From contig JBAYLC010000003.1 of NCBI GenBank assembly GCA_041664245.1, positions 394 through 64,393 of the forward strand: 64,000 bases of DNA, read 5' to 3'. This document shows, piece by piece, positions 1 to 9,006 of this stretch (within the stretch, counting starts at the first letter, position 1; each line of letters begins with the position of its first letter). This stretch comes from Minisyncoccota bacterium. GTDB lineage: Bacteria > Patescibacteriota > Minisyncoccia > UBA6257 > 2-01-FULL-56-20. The notes under the pieces are model-generated. The model saw only the letters and a list, made by a program, of their open reading frames with translations, had not been told where the DNA came from and searched no databases. A program made the translations under genes and the position numbers.

Positions 1-324
1 ATTCATCGCGTAAACTCCAAATGTATAATTTATTCCGGCTGCAAGTGAAATCGGCTGATGCAAATAAGAATTAGTGACTGCAAACACCCGCCAGGTTCCC
101 GCCTGCGCAAGATTATTCATACAACCGGCATTATTATTACTCACCGTCCATCCCGGCGGCGGGTTTGTTGCCACCGTACAACTTTCAAAACCCGAATCAT
201 TTAAAGAAACAGATTGTGCCTGCGCTAAATCAGGAGTCAATCCGCCAAAAACAAAAATCGAAATAACCAACACTAAAATACTTGCTCTATTAAATAAACG
301 GTTTGAGAATAAATCAGCAACCAT
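1..324 (-). CDS. Secreted/surface protein, N-terminal part (runs off the left edge); possible carbohydrate-binding beta-sandwich
   Basis: Not in the ORF track because it is truncated. The minus frame from ATG at 324 is open to position 1: MVADLFSNRLFNRASILVLVISIFVFGGLTPDLAQAQSVSLNDSGFESC... It has a signal peptide ending AQA and an 'N.GFE...W' start typical of CBM-like domains. Confidence 0.65.
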   Translation of the reverse strand, partial: MVADLFSNRLFNRASILVLVISIFVFGGLTPDLAQAQSVSLNDSGFESCTVATNPPPGWTVSNNNAGCMNNLAQAGTWRVFAVTNSYLHQPISLAAGINYTFGVYAMN

Positions 325-444
325 TTTCACGTTATTAAATGTTATAAACATAGAGAAATTATAACATTTAAGAGGCCCGCAAAACATCAAGCCGAAACTT
401 TTATAAAAACCGTACAGGTATTTTTTTTACTCGCTTTTTCTTTG

Positions 445-516
445 CGCCCCCGGCAGGAATCGAACCCGCATCAGCGCCTTAGAAGAGCGTTGCTCTATCC
501 ATTGAGCTACAGGGGC
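445..516 (-). tRNA. tRNA-Arg(UCU)
   Basis: Cloverleaf GCCCCTGTAGCTCAATGGATAGAGC...CT-TCT-AA...GGTTCGATTCC. Confidence 0.93.
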
Positions 517-596
517 AGCGTCAACTCAAAAATTATCAAAAACTTGCTCGATTAGCAAATATTATTTAATCTGATTCTGACAAATCAATTTCACTT

Positions 597-667
597 CGGG
601 GTGTAGTATACCGGTAGTACGCATGCTTTGGGAGCATGTAGACCGGGTTCAATTCCCGGCACCCCGA
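597..667 (+). tRNA. tRNA-Pro(UGG)
   Basis: CGGGGTG acceptor, anticodon arm CATGC-TTTGGGA-GCATG, T-arm GGTTCAATTCC. Confidence 0.95.
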
Positions 668-710
668 CACTAGATTTTGTTAGCAAGTTTACGAGCGTTA
701 CAAAATGTGG

Positions 711-862
711 TGCCCCGAAGAAGTCCCGCAAAGCGGGACGGAAGCGGAGCAATAGAATTGAACAAAGTGAAATTAGAGTTTCTTATGTCCCGCCGATGGC
801 GGGACATTCTAATTAAACTCTCGAATTTTACAAAATCTCATGCCCCGAAGAAAGCGGGGCAT
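711..862. repeat. Cluster of short REP-like palindromes downstream of tRNA-Pro
   Basis: GTCCCGCAAAGCGGGAC, TGTCCCGCCGATGGCGGGACA and TGCCCCGAAGAAAGCGGGGCA; TGCCCCGAAGAA occurs twice. A related palindrome lies at ~23697 (GTCCCGCCTATGGCGGGGC). Confidence 0.7.
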
Positions 863-894
863 TAGAATTTAATCTACGAGCATTAGAATGAAAT

Positions 895-930
895 AAAAAA
901 ATGCGGGTGAGGAAATCTTCCTTACCCGCA
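895..930 (-). terminator. Intrinsic terminator (minus strand)
   Basis: TGCGGGTAAGGAAGATTTCCTCACCCGCA hairpin followed by a T-tract on the minus strand. Confidence 0.65.
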
Positions 931-1373
931 AGTCCTCTCCAGATAGTTCAGGCTGCTCCCCTTTTGTGAATCCGATAGGTTATCTTCAGGAACCCAAGCT
1001 CCTCCTTTCTCTACCCCGAGAAAATCTATAACTCAAGAATAAAAGTTCCACATTGGGCGGGACAAGAATGTCCCGCCCATAATAACTGAATTTCAACTTC
1101 CGGGGAGAAAGTTAGAAATCCGATACTTCGCGCTCCCACAAGGTCTTAGTCTTATAGAAAACGTAAAGAGAAAAAGGTGAGTAAATCAAGAAGGCCAAGC
1201 AACCACCCCTTTGCTTCCGAATCTATCCTAAAAAAACTTAGCAAATTACTAATTTAATTTTAATCCTCCATCACGAAGTTACAAGTGCAAAAAAAGACAT
1301 ACCTGCACTACATAATTTAATAAAGAGTTAAGATAGTGCTGTGCGCTACGTAGCTCCGCAAGGAGCGAAGTAG

Positions 1374-1445
1374 TGGGCGTTGTAGGGATTGAACCTACGA
1401 CCTTCTCGGTGTAAACGAGACGCTCTACCACTGAGCTAAACGCCC
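1374..1445 (-). tRNA. tRNA-Val(UAC)
   Basis: GGGCGTTTAGCTCAGTGGTAGAGC...CTCG-TTTACAC-CGAG...GGTTCAATCCC. Confidence 0.95.
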
Positions 1446-1503
1446 AAGTGTGGCGGGGCAAGCTGAGCTAAGTTCCCCAAGCCAAAAATATACTCAAGAA
1501 CCG

Positions 1504-2334
1504 CTAAGAATTCAACTTCCAAAAATTATTAAATAATTTTGCCACCAATACCGGCCCCGTTCCGCCCGGTGTCGGTGTATAAAAAATCTTTTTATCATCC
1601 GCTCCGGATAAATCAAAATCGCCGCTAATTTTATCCCCCTCTCGGCCATAACCGAAGTCAACTACCAACGCTCCTGATTTCAAATCCGCCGCCGAAAAAA
1701 GTTTCGGCACTCCTGCTCCACTCACCACCACATCAGCATCACTGAGTTTAGCACGAACATCCTTCACGGTATTATCAAGCACTGTTAATTCCCCCACTCG
1801 ATTCTGCAACCAAAACCCTAACGGCTTCCCAATTAAAAACCCCGCCCCAATTAAAACCACTTTCAAATCCCGCAAATTTGGAAATTCTCCATTCTTAATT
1901 CTCCATTCTAAAATTTCATTAAGCGCTTCCACCGCCGGCGGCGCCACCTTTCCCCTACCGGTATAAAACGCTCCTAACGCTTGCTCGCTCAAACAATCGA
2001 CATCTTTTTCCTTTGGTATCGCGTTCAAAACATAATGACGATTAATCCCTTCGGGAATAGGCAGCTGCACAATAAATCCGCCGCAATTTTTTGGCCGCGA
2101 CAACATTCCAATCTCCGCTCGCAAATCATCTGTTGTCACTGTTGCCGACGCTCTGTGAAGTCGGAAACTAATTCCCAATTCTTCCGCCACTTTTTTCTTT
2201 TGATTCAAAAAATTAACCGAAGCCTGATCGTCGCCAACAAGCAACGCTCCCATAAATTTACTCTGCCGCTCTCCCTTCTTTAGCTTCAGCTCATCAACAA
2301 TTTTTTTCGCAATTTCCTTTCCTTCAATAATCAT
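1504..2334 (-). CDS. folD: Bifunctional methylenetetrahydrofolate dehydrogenase/cyclohydrolase
   Basis: Motifs VQLP, KDVD, TPTPGGTGP; directly downstream of glyA. Confidence 0.92.
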   Translation of the reverse strand: MIIEGKEIAKKIVDELKLKKGERQSKFMGALLVGDDQASVNFLNQKKKVAEELGISFRLHRASATVTTDDLRAEIGMLSRPKNCGGFIVQLPIPEGINRHYVLNAIPKEKDVDCLSEQALGAFYTGRGKVAPPAVEALNEILEWRIKNGEFPNLRDLKVVLIGAGFLIGKPLGFWLQNRVGELTVLDNTVKDVRAKLSDADVVVSGAGVPKLFSAADLKSGALVVDFGYGREGDKISGDFDLSGADDKKIFYTPTPGGTGPVLVAKLFNNFWKLNS

Positions 2335-3587
2335 TAAATTTTATATTTAAGAGGAAATCTCGCGCACAATTTCCCCACCTCGTCCAAAACATTTTTATTT
2401 TCCAGCAACACATCCCTAATCAACCGCGCCACTATTTTCATTTCCTCTTCTTTCATCCCCCTCGTAGTTAGAGCTGGCGTTCCCAGCCGAATTCCCGATG
2501 GGTCCATCGGCGTTCGCGAATCATAAGGAATAGTATTTTTATTGACAATAATTCCGTTCTTTTCCAATTGATCACCCGCATCTTTTCCGCTAATTCCTTT
2601 TTCAAAAACATCAATCAAAATCAAATGTGTTTCTGTTCCGCCAGCCACAATTCTGAAACCAAATTTCTTTAATTCTTCAGCTAGTGTTTTGGCATTTGAA
2701 ACGATCTGTTTCGCGTATTCTTTAAATTCTGACTTCATCGCCTCTCCAAACGCCACCGCTATCGCCGCAATCTGATTTGCATGCGGCCCGCCTTGGAGTC
2801 CCGGAAACACCGCCCTATCAACCGCCTTCCACCCTTCAATCTCTTTCCCATTATTCATAATTCTTAATTCTTTATTCGTAAATATCACCCCCGCTCTCGG
2901 CCCTCTTAGTGTTTTGTGCGCAGTCGTCATCACCACATCCGCGTATTCAAACGGTGTTGGATAAACTTCGCCCGCCACCAGCCCAGCAAAATGAGACATA
3001 TCAACCATCAAATATGCCCCTACCTCGTCCGCAATCTCCCTAAATTTTTTGAAATCAATAATTTTTGAGTAAGCCGTAAATCCCGCGACTATCAGCTTTG
3101 GTTTTTCCCTCTTCGCCATTTCTCTAATTTCTTCATAATTTAATTCCTCTGTTTCTTTGTCTAATGTGTACGGCGCCGATTCCCAAACTTTAGAAGTAAA
3201 ACTAACTTTATGTCCGTGCGTTAAATGTCCGCCCATATCCAACTGCAAGCCCATAATTTTTTCACCGACCGGCACTAGAGCAAAATAAATCGCCAAATTC
3301 GCCGGCGAACCGGAATATGGTTGGACATTAACCTGCCACTCGTTTTCATTAAGTCCGAAAAGTTTAAGCGCTCTCGTCTTCGTTAGAATCTCTAGCTGAT
3401 CAACATTTTCGTTACCGCCATAATATCTCATCTCCGAATACCCCTCGGCATACTTATTGGTAAATATTGACCCAAGCGCCTCGAGCACATCTTCCGAAAC
3501 AAAATTCTCCGATGGAATTAAGTCCAAAGTATCATTTTGCCTCTTCGTTTCCGCCTTAATTAAATTTTCTATTTCCTTGTCAACCAT
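2334..3587 (-). CDS. glyA: Serine hydroxymethyltransferase
   Basis: LIPSEN, NKYAEGY, GGHLTHG, TTAHKTLRGPR (PLP lysine), GIRLGTPALTTRG. Confidence 0.98.
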   Translation of the reverse strand: MVDKEIENLIKAETKRQNDTLDLIPSENFVSEDVLEALGSIFTNKYAEGYSEMRYYGGNENVDQLEILTKTRALKLFGLNENEWQVNVQPYSGSPANLAIYFALVPVGEKIMGLQLDMGGHLTHGHKVSFTSKVWESAPYTLDKETEELNYEEIREMAKREKPKLIVAGFTAYSKIIDFKKFREIADEVGAYLMVDMSHFAGLVAGEVYPTPFEYADVVMTTAHKTLRGPRAGVIFTNKELRIMNNGKEIEGWKAVDRAVFPGLQGGPHANQIAAIAVAFGEAMKSEFKEYAKQIVSNAKTLAEELKKFGFRIVAGGTETHLILIDVFEKGISGKDAGDQLEKNGIIVNKNTIPYDSRTPMDPSGIRLGTPALTTRGMKEEEMKIVARLIRDVLLENKNVLDEVGKLCARFPLKYKI

Positions 3588-3631
3588 AGGGCTGTTGCCA
3601 ACAATAATACCGCACCCTATACTTTAATCAA

Positions 3632-4234
3632 ATGATTCTCTCCGACCGCGACATCAAAAAAGCTCTTAAAACCGGCCAGATCGTAATCGATCCCCTTTTT
3701 CCAAACGCCATCCAACCGGCCTCAGTTGATCTTCATTTGGGCGGTGATTTTTTAGTTTTTAAAACCGAACAAAACGTCTGCATTGATCCCAAAGAACCAA
3801 TCGACCACATGATGGAAGAAGTAAAAATTGACGAACATCGCCAGTTCATAATTCACCCGGGCGAATTCGCCCTCGGTATGGCCTACGAAATAACTGGTGT
3901 AAGTGACAGCATGGTTGGCCGCCTTGAGGGCAAATCCTCGCTCGGTCGCATCGGCCTCATCATTCACGCCACCGCCGGCTATCTTGACCCTGGCAACAAA
4001 CTCAAAATGACGCTTGAGCTTCATAACATTTCTCCGCTTCCCATTAAGCTCTACTATAAAATGCCGATTGCCCAAATTTCCTTCACTCCGCTCTCCTCTG
4101 CCGCCGAACATCCCTACGGCCAGAAAAAACTAAACAGCAAATACTACGGCGCCATAAAACCGCAGGCCTCTCAATACTGGAAAAATTTCAAAAAGAATAA
4201 CGAGTGGATGAAGTTTGAGCAAAAATCAAAATAA
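3632..4234 (+). CDS. dcd: dCTP deaminase
   Basis: MILSDRDI, QPASVDLHL, EGKSSLGRIGL, LELHN, SKYYG. Confidence 0.95.
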   Translation: MILSDRDIKKALKTGQIVIDPLFPNAIQPASVDLHLGGDFLVFKTEQNVCIDPKEPIDHMMEEVKIDEHRQFIIHPGEFALGMAYEITGVSDSMVGRLEGKSSLGRIGLIIHATAGYLDPGNKLKMTLELHNISPLPIKLYYKMPIAQISFTPLSSAAEHPYGQKKLNSKYYGAIKPQASQYWKNFKKNNEWMKFEQKSK

Positions 4235-4265
4235 CAAAAAAGATTGGTCCGAAAACCAATCCTTT

Positions 4266-4736
4266 TCAAAATTGCTCAACCTCAAATGGATCAAACCGAT
4301 CCACTCTTTTCCCGTCAGTAGAAAATCGAATGACTGCTCGGAGTTTTACTCCTTCCAATATTTGCGGCAGCCATTTTTTATCCGCTACCCACATCCGATC
4401 AAAAGGAATCTCCTCAAAGAAAAACCATTCCGGCTCGCCCATTTCTTCCGAAGCCTTTAGTTCGCCGACCCAATCTTCAATCAAAAAAATGTGCAAAACA
4501 AATTTCGGTTCCTCGCCGAAAAAAGTTATTATAATCGCCACTTTTGTGATTTTAGCTCCGCGAACATCCAAGCCCGATTCTTCTTTAATCTCTCGAAAAA
4601 GTGCTTCTTCTTCCGTCTCGCCATCCTCTATCCGGCCGCCATATCCATTCTGATTGCCTGCTCCAAATCCCTTAAGTTTCAGAGGCAAGCAAACCCGACG
4701 GTCTTTCACGAAAAATCCTACTACCGCATGTTGCAT
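4266..4736 (-). CDS. Nudix hydrolase, MutT/MTH1-like (8-oxo-dGTPase type)
   Basis: Nudix box GGRIEDGETEEEALFREIKEESGL plus SEEM-PEWF and MW..D..WLP motifs. Start moved to ATG 4736, which follows SD GGAGGT. Confidence 0.85.
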   Translation of the reverse strand: MQHAVVGFFVKDRRVCLPLKLKGFGAGNQNGYGGRIEDGETEEEALFREIKEESGLDVRGAKITKVAIIITFFGEEPKFVLHIFLIEDWVGELKASEEMGEPEWFFFEEIPFDRMWVADKKWLPQILEGVKLRAVIRFSTDGKRVDRFDPFEVEQF

Positions 4737-4826
4737 TCTTACCTCCTTCAAAAAACTAACCCCATCCTAAGTCTCTAAAAAACAAAAAGCAAGCAAATAA
4801 CTTGCTCCGAATTTTTAATTTCCTAA

Positions 4827-4900
4827 TGGGTGCCTAATGGGAATTGAACCCATATCGCCGCTTCCACAGAGCGGAGCTTTACCACTAAGCTATAGGCACC
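4827..4900 (-). tRNA. tRNA-His(GUG)
   Basis: G-1 GGTGCCTATAG..., anticodon arm CCGCT-CTGTGGA-AGCGG, GGTTCAATTCC. Confidence 0.95.
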
Positions 4901-4973
4901 ATCTTTTTGTAATCCCATCTTAAATAAAACCCGATTTCCCGTCAAACCAAATCCGATCTGCTATAATTGTTCA

Positions 4974-5609
4974 ATGCTAAACGGCGTCGAAACTCTAGCC
5001 AACGGCCACCATCTCCTTTACTACACCATTGTATTTCTCTCCGCCATCATCATCGGCAATGCCGCCGCTTTTTCCAGCTTCTGGCTTGCCCTCTTTGGTT
5101 ATCTCGGACGTTGGGGAATGCTCTTAACCATCCTCACTGTTCTCGCCGCTGATATTATAAACGATGTTGGCTGGTATTTGCTCGGCCGCAGTCTCCACGA
5201 TACCCGCTTCGGCGAATGGCTCAAAAAAAGATTTACCAATCACCACCGTATTGAAGACTACATCCACGAAGGCAGCATCAAGTGGCTCTTCCTGGCTAAG
5301 TTTATCTCGAGCACCAACGCGCCGATTGTTTTTCTAGCCGGGTGGGCTAAAGTAAATTTTAAAGAATTCTTTAAAACCAGCCTAGCTGCCATTTTCGTCT
5401 GGATCGTCGGGATGCTCGGCGCCGTTTATTTTATCTCTTCCGGCTTTATTCCTTTAAAATCACTCCAGTTTTTCAAAAAAACCGAGTCAGTCGTTCTTAT
5501 TATTATTGTCAGCGTTATCATCTTTCTTATCCTCAACTACCTTGCCCACTATCTAATCAAAAAAGGGATTCTTAAATTTAAAAAAGAAGAAGAAAGATCT
5601 GATCAATAA
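4974..5609 (+). CDS. DedA/VTT-family membrane protein
   Basis: D...Y.LGR motif, FLAKF..., AG..K..FK.F pattern, multiple TM segments. Confidence 0.8.
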   Translation: MLNGVETLANGHHLLYYTIVFLSAIIIGNAAAFSSFWLALFGYLGRWGMLLTILTVLAADIINDVGWYLLGRSLHDTRFGEWLKKRFTNHHRIEDYIHEGSIKWLFLAKFISSTNAPIVFLAGWAKVNFKEFFKTSLAAIFVWIVGMLGAVYFISSGFIPLKSLQFFKKTESVVLIIIVSVIIFLILNYLAHYLIKKGILKFKKEEERSDQ

Positions 5610-5671
5610 AGAAAGAAATAGAATTGACTTATCACCTAAAAACGTCTATTATCTAATTCACTAAAACCTTT

Positions 5672-5929
5672 ATGCCAATCACCAAATCCGCCAAAAAAGC
5701 TCTCCGGCAAAATGTCTCCCGCCGGAAACAAAATTTGAAACGAAAAGAGACCTACAAGCAGGTTGTAAAAGAAGTTCGCAAGCTTGCAAAAAACAAGCAA
5801 AAAACAGAGGCCCAAGCTCTTTTATCGAAAGCCTTTCAGGCGTTGGATAAAGCCGCTAAAACCAACGTCATCAAAAAAAATAAGGCCAGCCGCCTCAAAT
5901 CTCGCATTTCTAAAATTCTAGGGAAATAG
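5672..5929 (+). CDS. rpsT: 30S ribosomal protein S20
   Basis: MPITKSAKKALRQ...LDKAAK..IKKNKASRLKSR. Confidence 0.97.
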   Translation: MPITKSAKKALRQNVSRRKQNLKRKETYKQVVKEVRKLAKNKQKTEAQALLSKAFQALDKAAKTNVIKKNKASRLKSRISKILGK

Positions 5930-6715
5930 CTAACTAAGCGCTAAATCAACCAGCGCTTCTTCATAATCCATTTTCCCTGACTTAATCGCCAAATCATAAC
6001 CTGCGATTTTTTCTATCTTTTCCGGTAATTGGTAAGCAATAATATTAAAAACTTTTGCCGTTGGCTCATTCGTGCCCAACATTTTCTCAAGCGCTCGCAA
6101 TCGATCACCTAAAAACCGGCTTTTAAATCCCAAAATCAAACTCCAAAAATTAGGCATCACTTCTAGTCCCATTTTTTCCAAATCTTTCCTATCAATAATT
6201 TCTAGTTCCAAACATCTCAATTTATCTAATTCAGTCACCAAACGCCAAGGATTTCCTTCGTAAACTTTCTCTAAAAAATCCACCGCTGCCGGCGCAAAAT
6301 TCATCTCCCTTTTTTTAATTTCCCTTTTCACAAAAAGATTCCACTCTTTTCCTTTTAAAACATCAAACCCTTGGGTAAGCACAGGTTTTTTGAGAAGAAA
6401 ATTTAATTCCTTTCCCGGTTTATCCGGTGTGGAAATAACCACCGTTACGCTTTTATTCTCTAAAAATAATTTAAGCTCCTCCGCCAAGCCTTTAGCTGGC
6501 ACCTCTAAAATTCCACCTATCACAACAAGTTTTGCTGATTCGAAGATAGATTGATTTCTAAGAAAACTTTTAAATTCTTCAAACCAATTCAAATCTCCTT
6601 CGGCAGAAAAAAATCGCACGCTAAGCCCTGAACGCTTCTTTAGAAATTCCCCAACAATCGCCCGCCGTTTTTCTTCTCGTCTATAGTCGTCAGGACCATA
6701 TAAAAATATAATCAT
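5930..6715 (-). CDS. holA: DNA polymerase III delta subunit (short form)
   Basis: MIIFLYGPD start, ELDKL, C-terminal DLAIKSGK; adjacent to rpsT as is common. Confidence 0.8.
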   Translation of the reverse strand: MIIFLYGPDDYRREEKRRAIVGEFLKKRSGLSVRFFSAEGDLNWFEEFKSFLRNQSIFESAKLVVIGGILEVPAKGLAEELKLFLENKSVTVVISTPDKPGKELNFLLKKPVLTQGFDVLKGKEWNLFVKREIKKREMNFAPAAVDFLEKVYEGNPWRLVTELDKLRCLELEIIDRKDLEKMGLEVMPNFWSLILGFKSRFLGDRLRALEKMLGTNEPTAKVFNIIAYQLPEKIEKIAGYDLAIKSGKMDYEEALVDLALS

Positions 6716-6725
6716 TTTTAAAATT

Positions 6726-7610
6726 TTAGCTTATCAATTCCTGGCACTTTGAACAAAAATGCGCCGACCTCCCACCAATTTTCATCCGCTGAATTATATG
6801 CTTTTTCGGGCATTTCTGGCCAGTTTTCTGATAAACCAAAATCACCTTTCCATATTCTCCTTTTTTCCCGGCCGTATCTCGAAAATCATCCGAACTCGTT
6901 CCTCGAAATTTTATCCCCTTATTTAAAATTTCCCGCATCGCTTTAAATATGGCTTTTAAATGTTTCTCCTTTAATTTTTCCACCCGGCTCGCCGGATGGA
7001 TCTTGGCCTTGTATAAAACTTCATCCGAATAAATATTACCGATTCCAACAACAAAACTCTGATCCATTAAAACCTGTTTGATCTTTCCCCGCTTCCCCTC
7101 AAACCTATCAGAAAATTCCCTGAAATTAATCACCAGCGCTTCCGGCCCTAACCCCTTTAAATCCGGCAAGTTGAAAATTTCTTCTTTTGGCCCGCAGAGC
7201 ACTTTCGCAAATCTTCTTAAATCCGAAAGTGCTAGCATATTAGAATTTTTTGGCCCATCTAAAAATAAAATCAGCCGGATAAATCCATTTTTCGGATCCG
7301 CCATTAATTTCGACTTCGAAACCGGAATCCATTTGCGATTTGCGATTTGCCACTTGCCGACTAACGGATGCCCCGTCATTTTTAAATGAATTAGGAGTAA
7401 GTGTTTGTCGGAAAGATGAATTAGAATATTTTTTCCTCGCCTCTCAACTCCTTCTATTTTTTTTCTCAAAACATGTTTCTTAAAAGTCGCCAAACTATAA
7501 TGCGGTTTAAAATACTTCGGCCAATCCGTCCAAACATCCAAAATTCGCCGTCCAATTATTTTCAGGCGCAAATCCCTAACCACTGTTTCAACCTCAGGCA
7601 ATTCTGGCAT
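6726..7610 (-). CDS. mutM: Formamidopyrimidine-DNA glycosylase
   Basis: MPELPEVET, RRGK, HLKMTG, GIGNIYSDE, C-terminal zinc finger. Confidence 0.97.
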   Translation of the reverse strand: MPELPEVETVVRDLRLKIIGRRILDVWTDWPKYFKPHYSLATFKKHVLRKKIEGVERRGKNILIHLSDKHLLLIHLKMTGHPLVGKWQIANRKWIPVSKSKLMADPKNGFIRLILFLDGPKNSNMLALSDLRRFAKVLCGPKEEIFNLPDLKGLGPEALVINFREFSDRFEGKRGKIKQVLMDQSFVVGIGNIYSDEVLYKAKIHPASRVEKLKEKHLKAIFKAMREILNKGIKFRGTSSDDFRDTAGKKGEYGKVILVYQKTGQKCPKKHIIQRMKIGGRSAHFCSKCQELIS

Positions 7611-7641
7611 CTTATTTTAAAGCTAGACCCTAATCTAATTA

Positions 7642-8997
7642 TTACTCCTCCTGCGCCACCTCCTCAACCGGAATCACACTCCGATCGGTCGGCAAAGTGA
7701 AAAAGAAAGTTGTACCTCTATTTTCTTCCGACTCTGCCCAAACTTTTCCGCCGTGAGCCGCCACAATATTTTTATTAATATATAACCCTAAACCAGAACC
7801 TTCAGTCTGGAACTTAATCGCGTTCTCGGCTCGGAAAAATTTCATGAACATTTTTTTTAGTTCTATCTGTGGAATGCCAATTCCTGTATCTTTTATACTC
7901 ACCTGAATAAACGGCTGGTCGGGCAACTTTTCCACTTTTACCACTACCTCGCCATTTTGAACATTGTACCGAATCGCGTTATCTAAAAAGTTGTAAAAAA
8001 CCACCGAGAGTTTATCTTGATTCGTCATCACTTCCGGCAGCGGCTCGCCCGGCCTGTCAAAGTAAATTTTGATTCCTGCCCGCTTCGCTTGAGGCAAAAC
8101 ATTCGTCAAAATTTTATTAATGAAATCAATTAAATCAGTTGGTTCAAAAGTGTAACCAAATCTTCCCTCTTCAATCTTCGCTACATTAATCAAATCTTCA
8201 ATTATTTTTAAAAGTAGCTGGCCGGCCACCAGCGCGTTTTGAACCAAAGTTTTACTATTCTCATCAAGATTTTTATCTTGGCTTAGTGATTCAAGCGCCC
8301 AATTCACATTTGTGATTGGCCCCCTTAATTGATGGGAGGCCACCGTCACAAACTCGCTTTTTGAACGAAGTAAAAACTGCTCCCTCGTCCGGTCGCTTAT
8401 GGTTTTCATAAAACCTAAAAGATTCCCTCCCTCGTCCGTCACTGGCATTGTTGTTACTCGAAAATCCACCTCGGGGCCATCAAAAGAAAGATCGATCACT
8501 TGAGGATATTGTCCCGATTTTGACCGATTAATTACGGTTGGCGCGAGTGTCGGGAAAATCACCTGTGTGAAGAGTTTCCAACCAATTTGCCCTGCATCTT
8601 GCGGCGTAATCACTCTTCCTAAAACTTCACTAACCCTGATGTTAAAAAGCCGCTCCGCCGCCGGATTAAAAAACAAAATTCTAAACTCTCGGTCATAAAC
8701 AATAAGCGCGTCATCAAAATTCAAAATTATATTTTTAAACTCCCTATTTTCGGTTCGAATCCTGTAGTTTAGGGTAAATATTCTAAAAACCAAAAACATA
8801 ACAAGAAGTCCAACCAGCGCCAAAATTCCTCCATAGGTTACCGCCGATTGCGTATCCAGTTTATAAAAATAAAAACCTATCCCGCCTAAAATAATTAAAA
8901 TCAAAAGCGGTATCAAGAAAAATTTATAAAATTTGATCTCCCCGCCATATTCTGAACTACCCAACACCCCGATTTTTTTATCAAAAAATACTGCCAT
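7642..8997 (-). CDS. Membrane sensor histidine kinase (2 TM, PAS, HisKA, HATPase)
   Basis: SHQLRGP H-box, NAIRY, DTGIGI, GSGLGL; PAS-like FNPAAERLF. Confidence 0.92.
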   Translation of the reverse strand: MAVFFDKKIGVLGSSEYGGEIKFYKFFLIPLLILIILGGIGFYFYKLDTQSAVTYGGILALVGLLVMFLVFRIFTLNYRIRTENREFKNIILNFDDALIVYDREFRILFFNPAAERLFNIRVSEVLGRVITPQDAGQIGWKLFTQVIFPTLAPTVINRSKSGQYPQVIDLSFDGPEVDFRVTTMPVTDEGGNLLGFMKTISDRTREQFLLRSKSEFVTVASHQLRGPITNVNWALESLSQDKNLDENSKTLVQNALVAGQLLLKIIEDLINVAKIEEGRFGYTFEPTDLIDFINKILTNVLPQAKRAGIKIYFDRPGEPLPEVMTNQDKLSVVFYNFLDNAIRYNVQNGEVVVKVEKLPDQPFIQVSIKDTGIGIPQIELKKMFMKFFRAENAIKFQTEGSGLGLYINKNIVAAHGGKVWAESEENRGTTFFFTLPTDRSVIPVEEVAQEE

Positions 8998-9006
8998 CTG
9001 TTAAAT

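Noticed and set aside
74-364. 96-aa plus-strand ORF
   Set aside because: Antisense shadow of the more protein-like minus-strand secreted ORF (1-324).
628-865. Two 62-aa ORFs
   Set aside because: They overlap tRNA-Pro and palindromic repeats and have no protein-like features.
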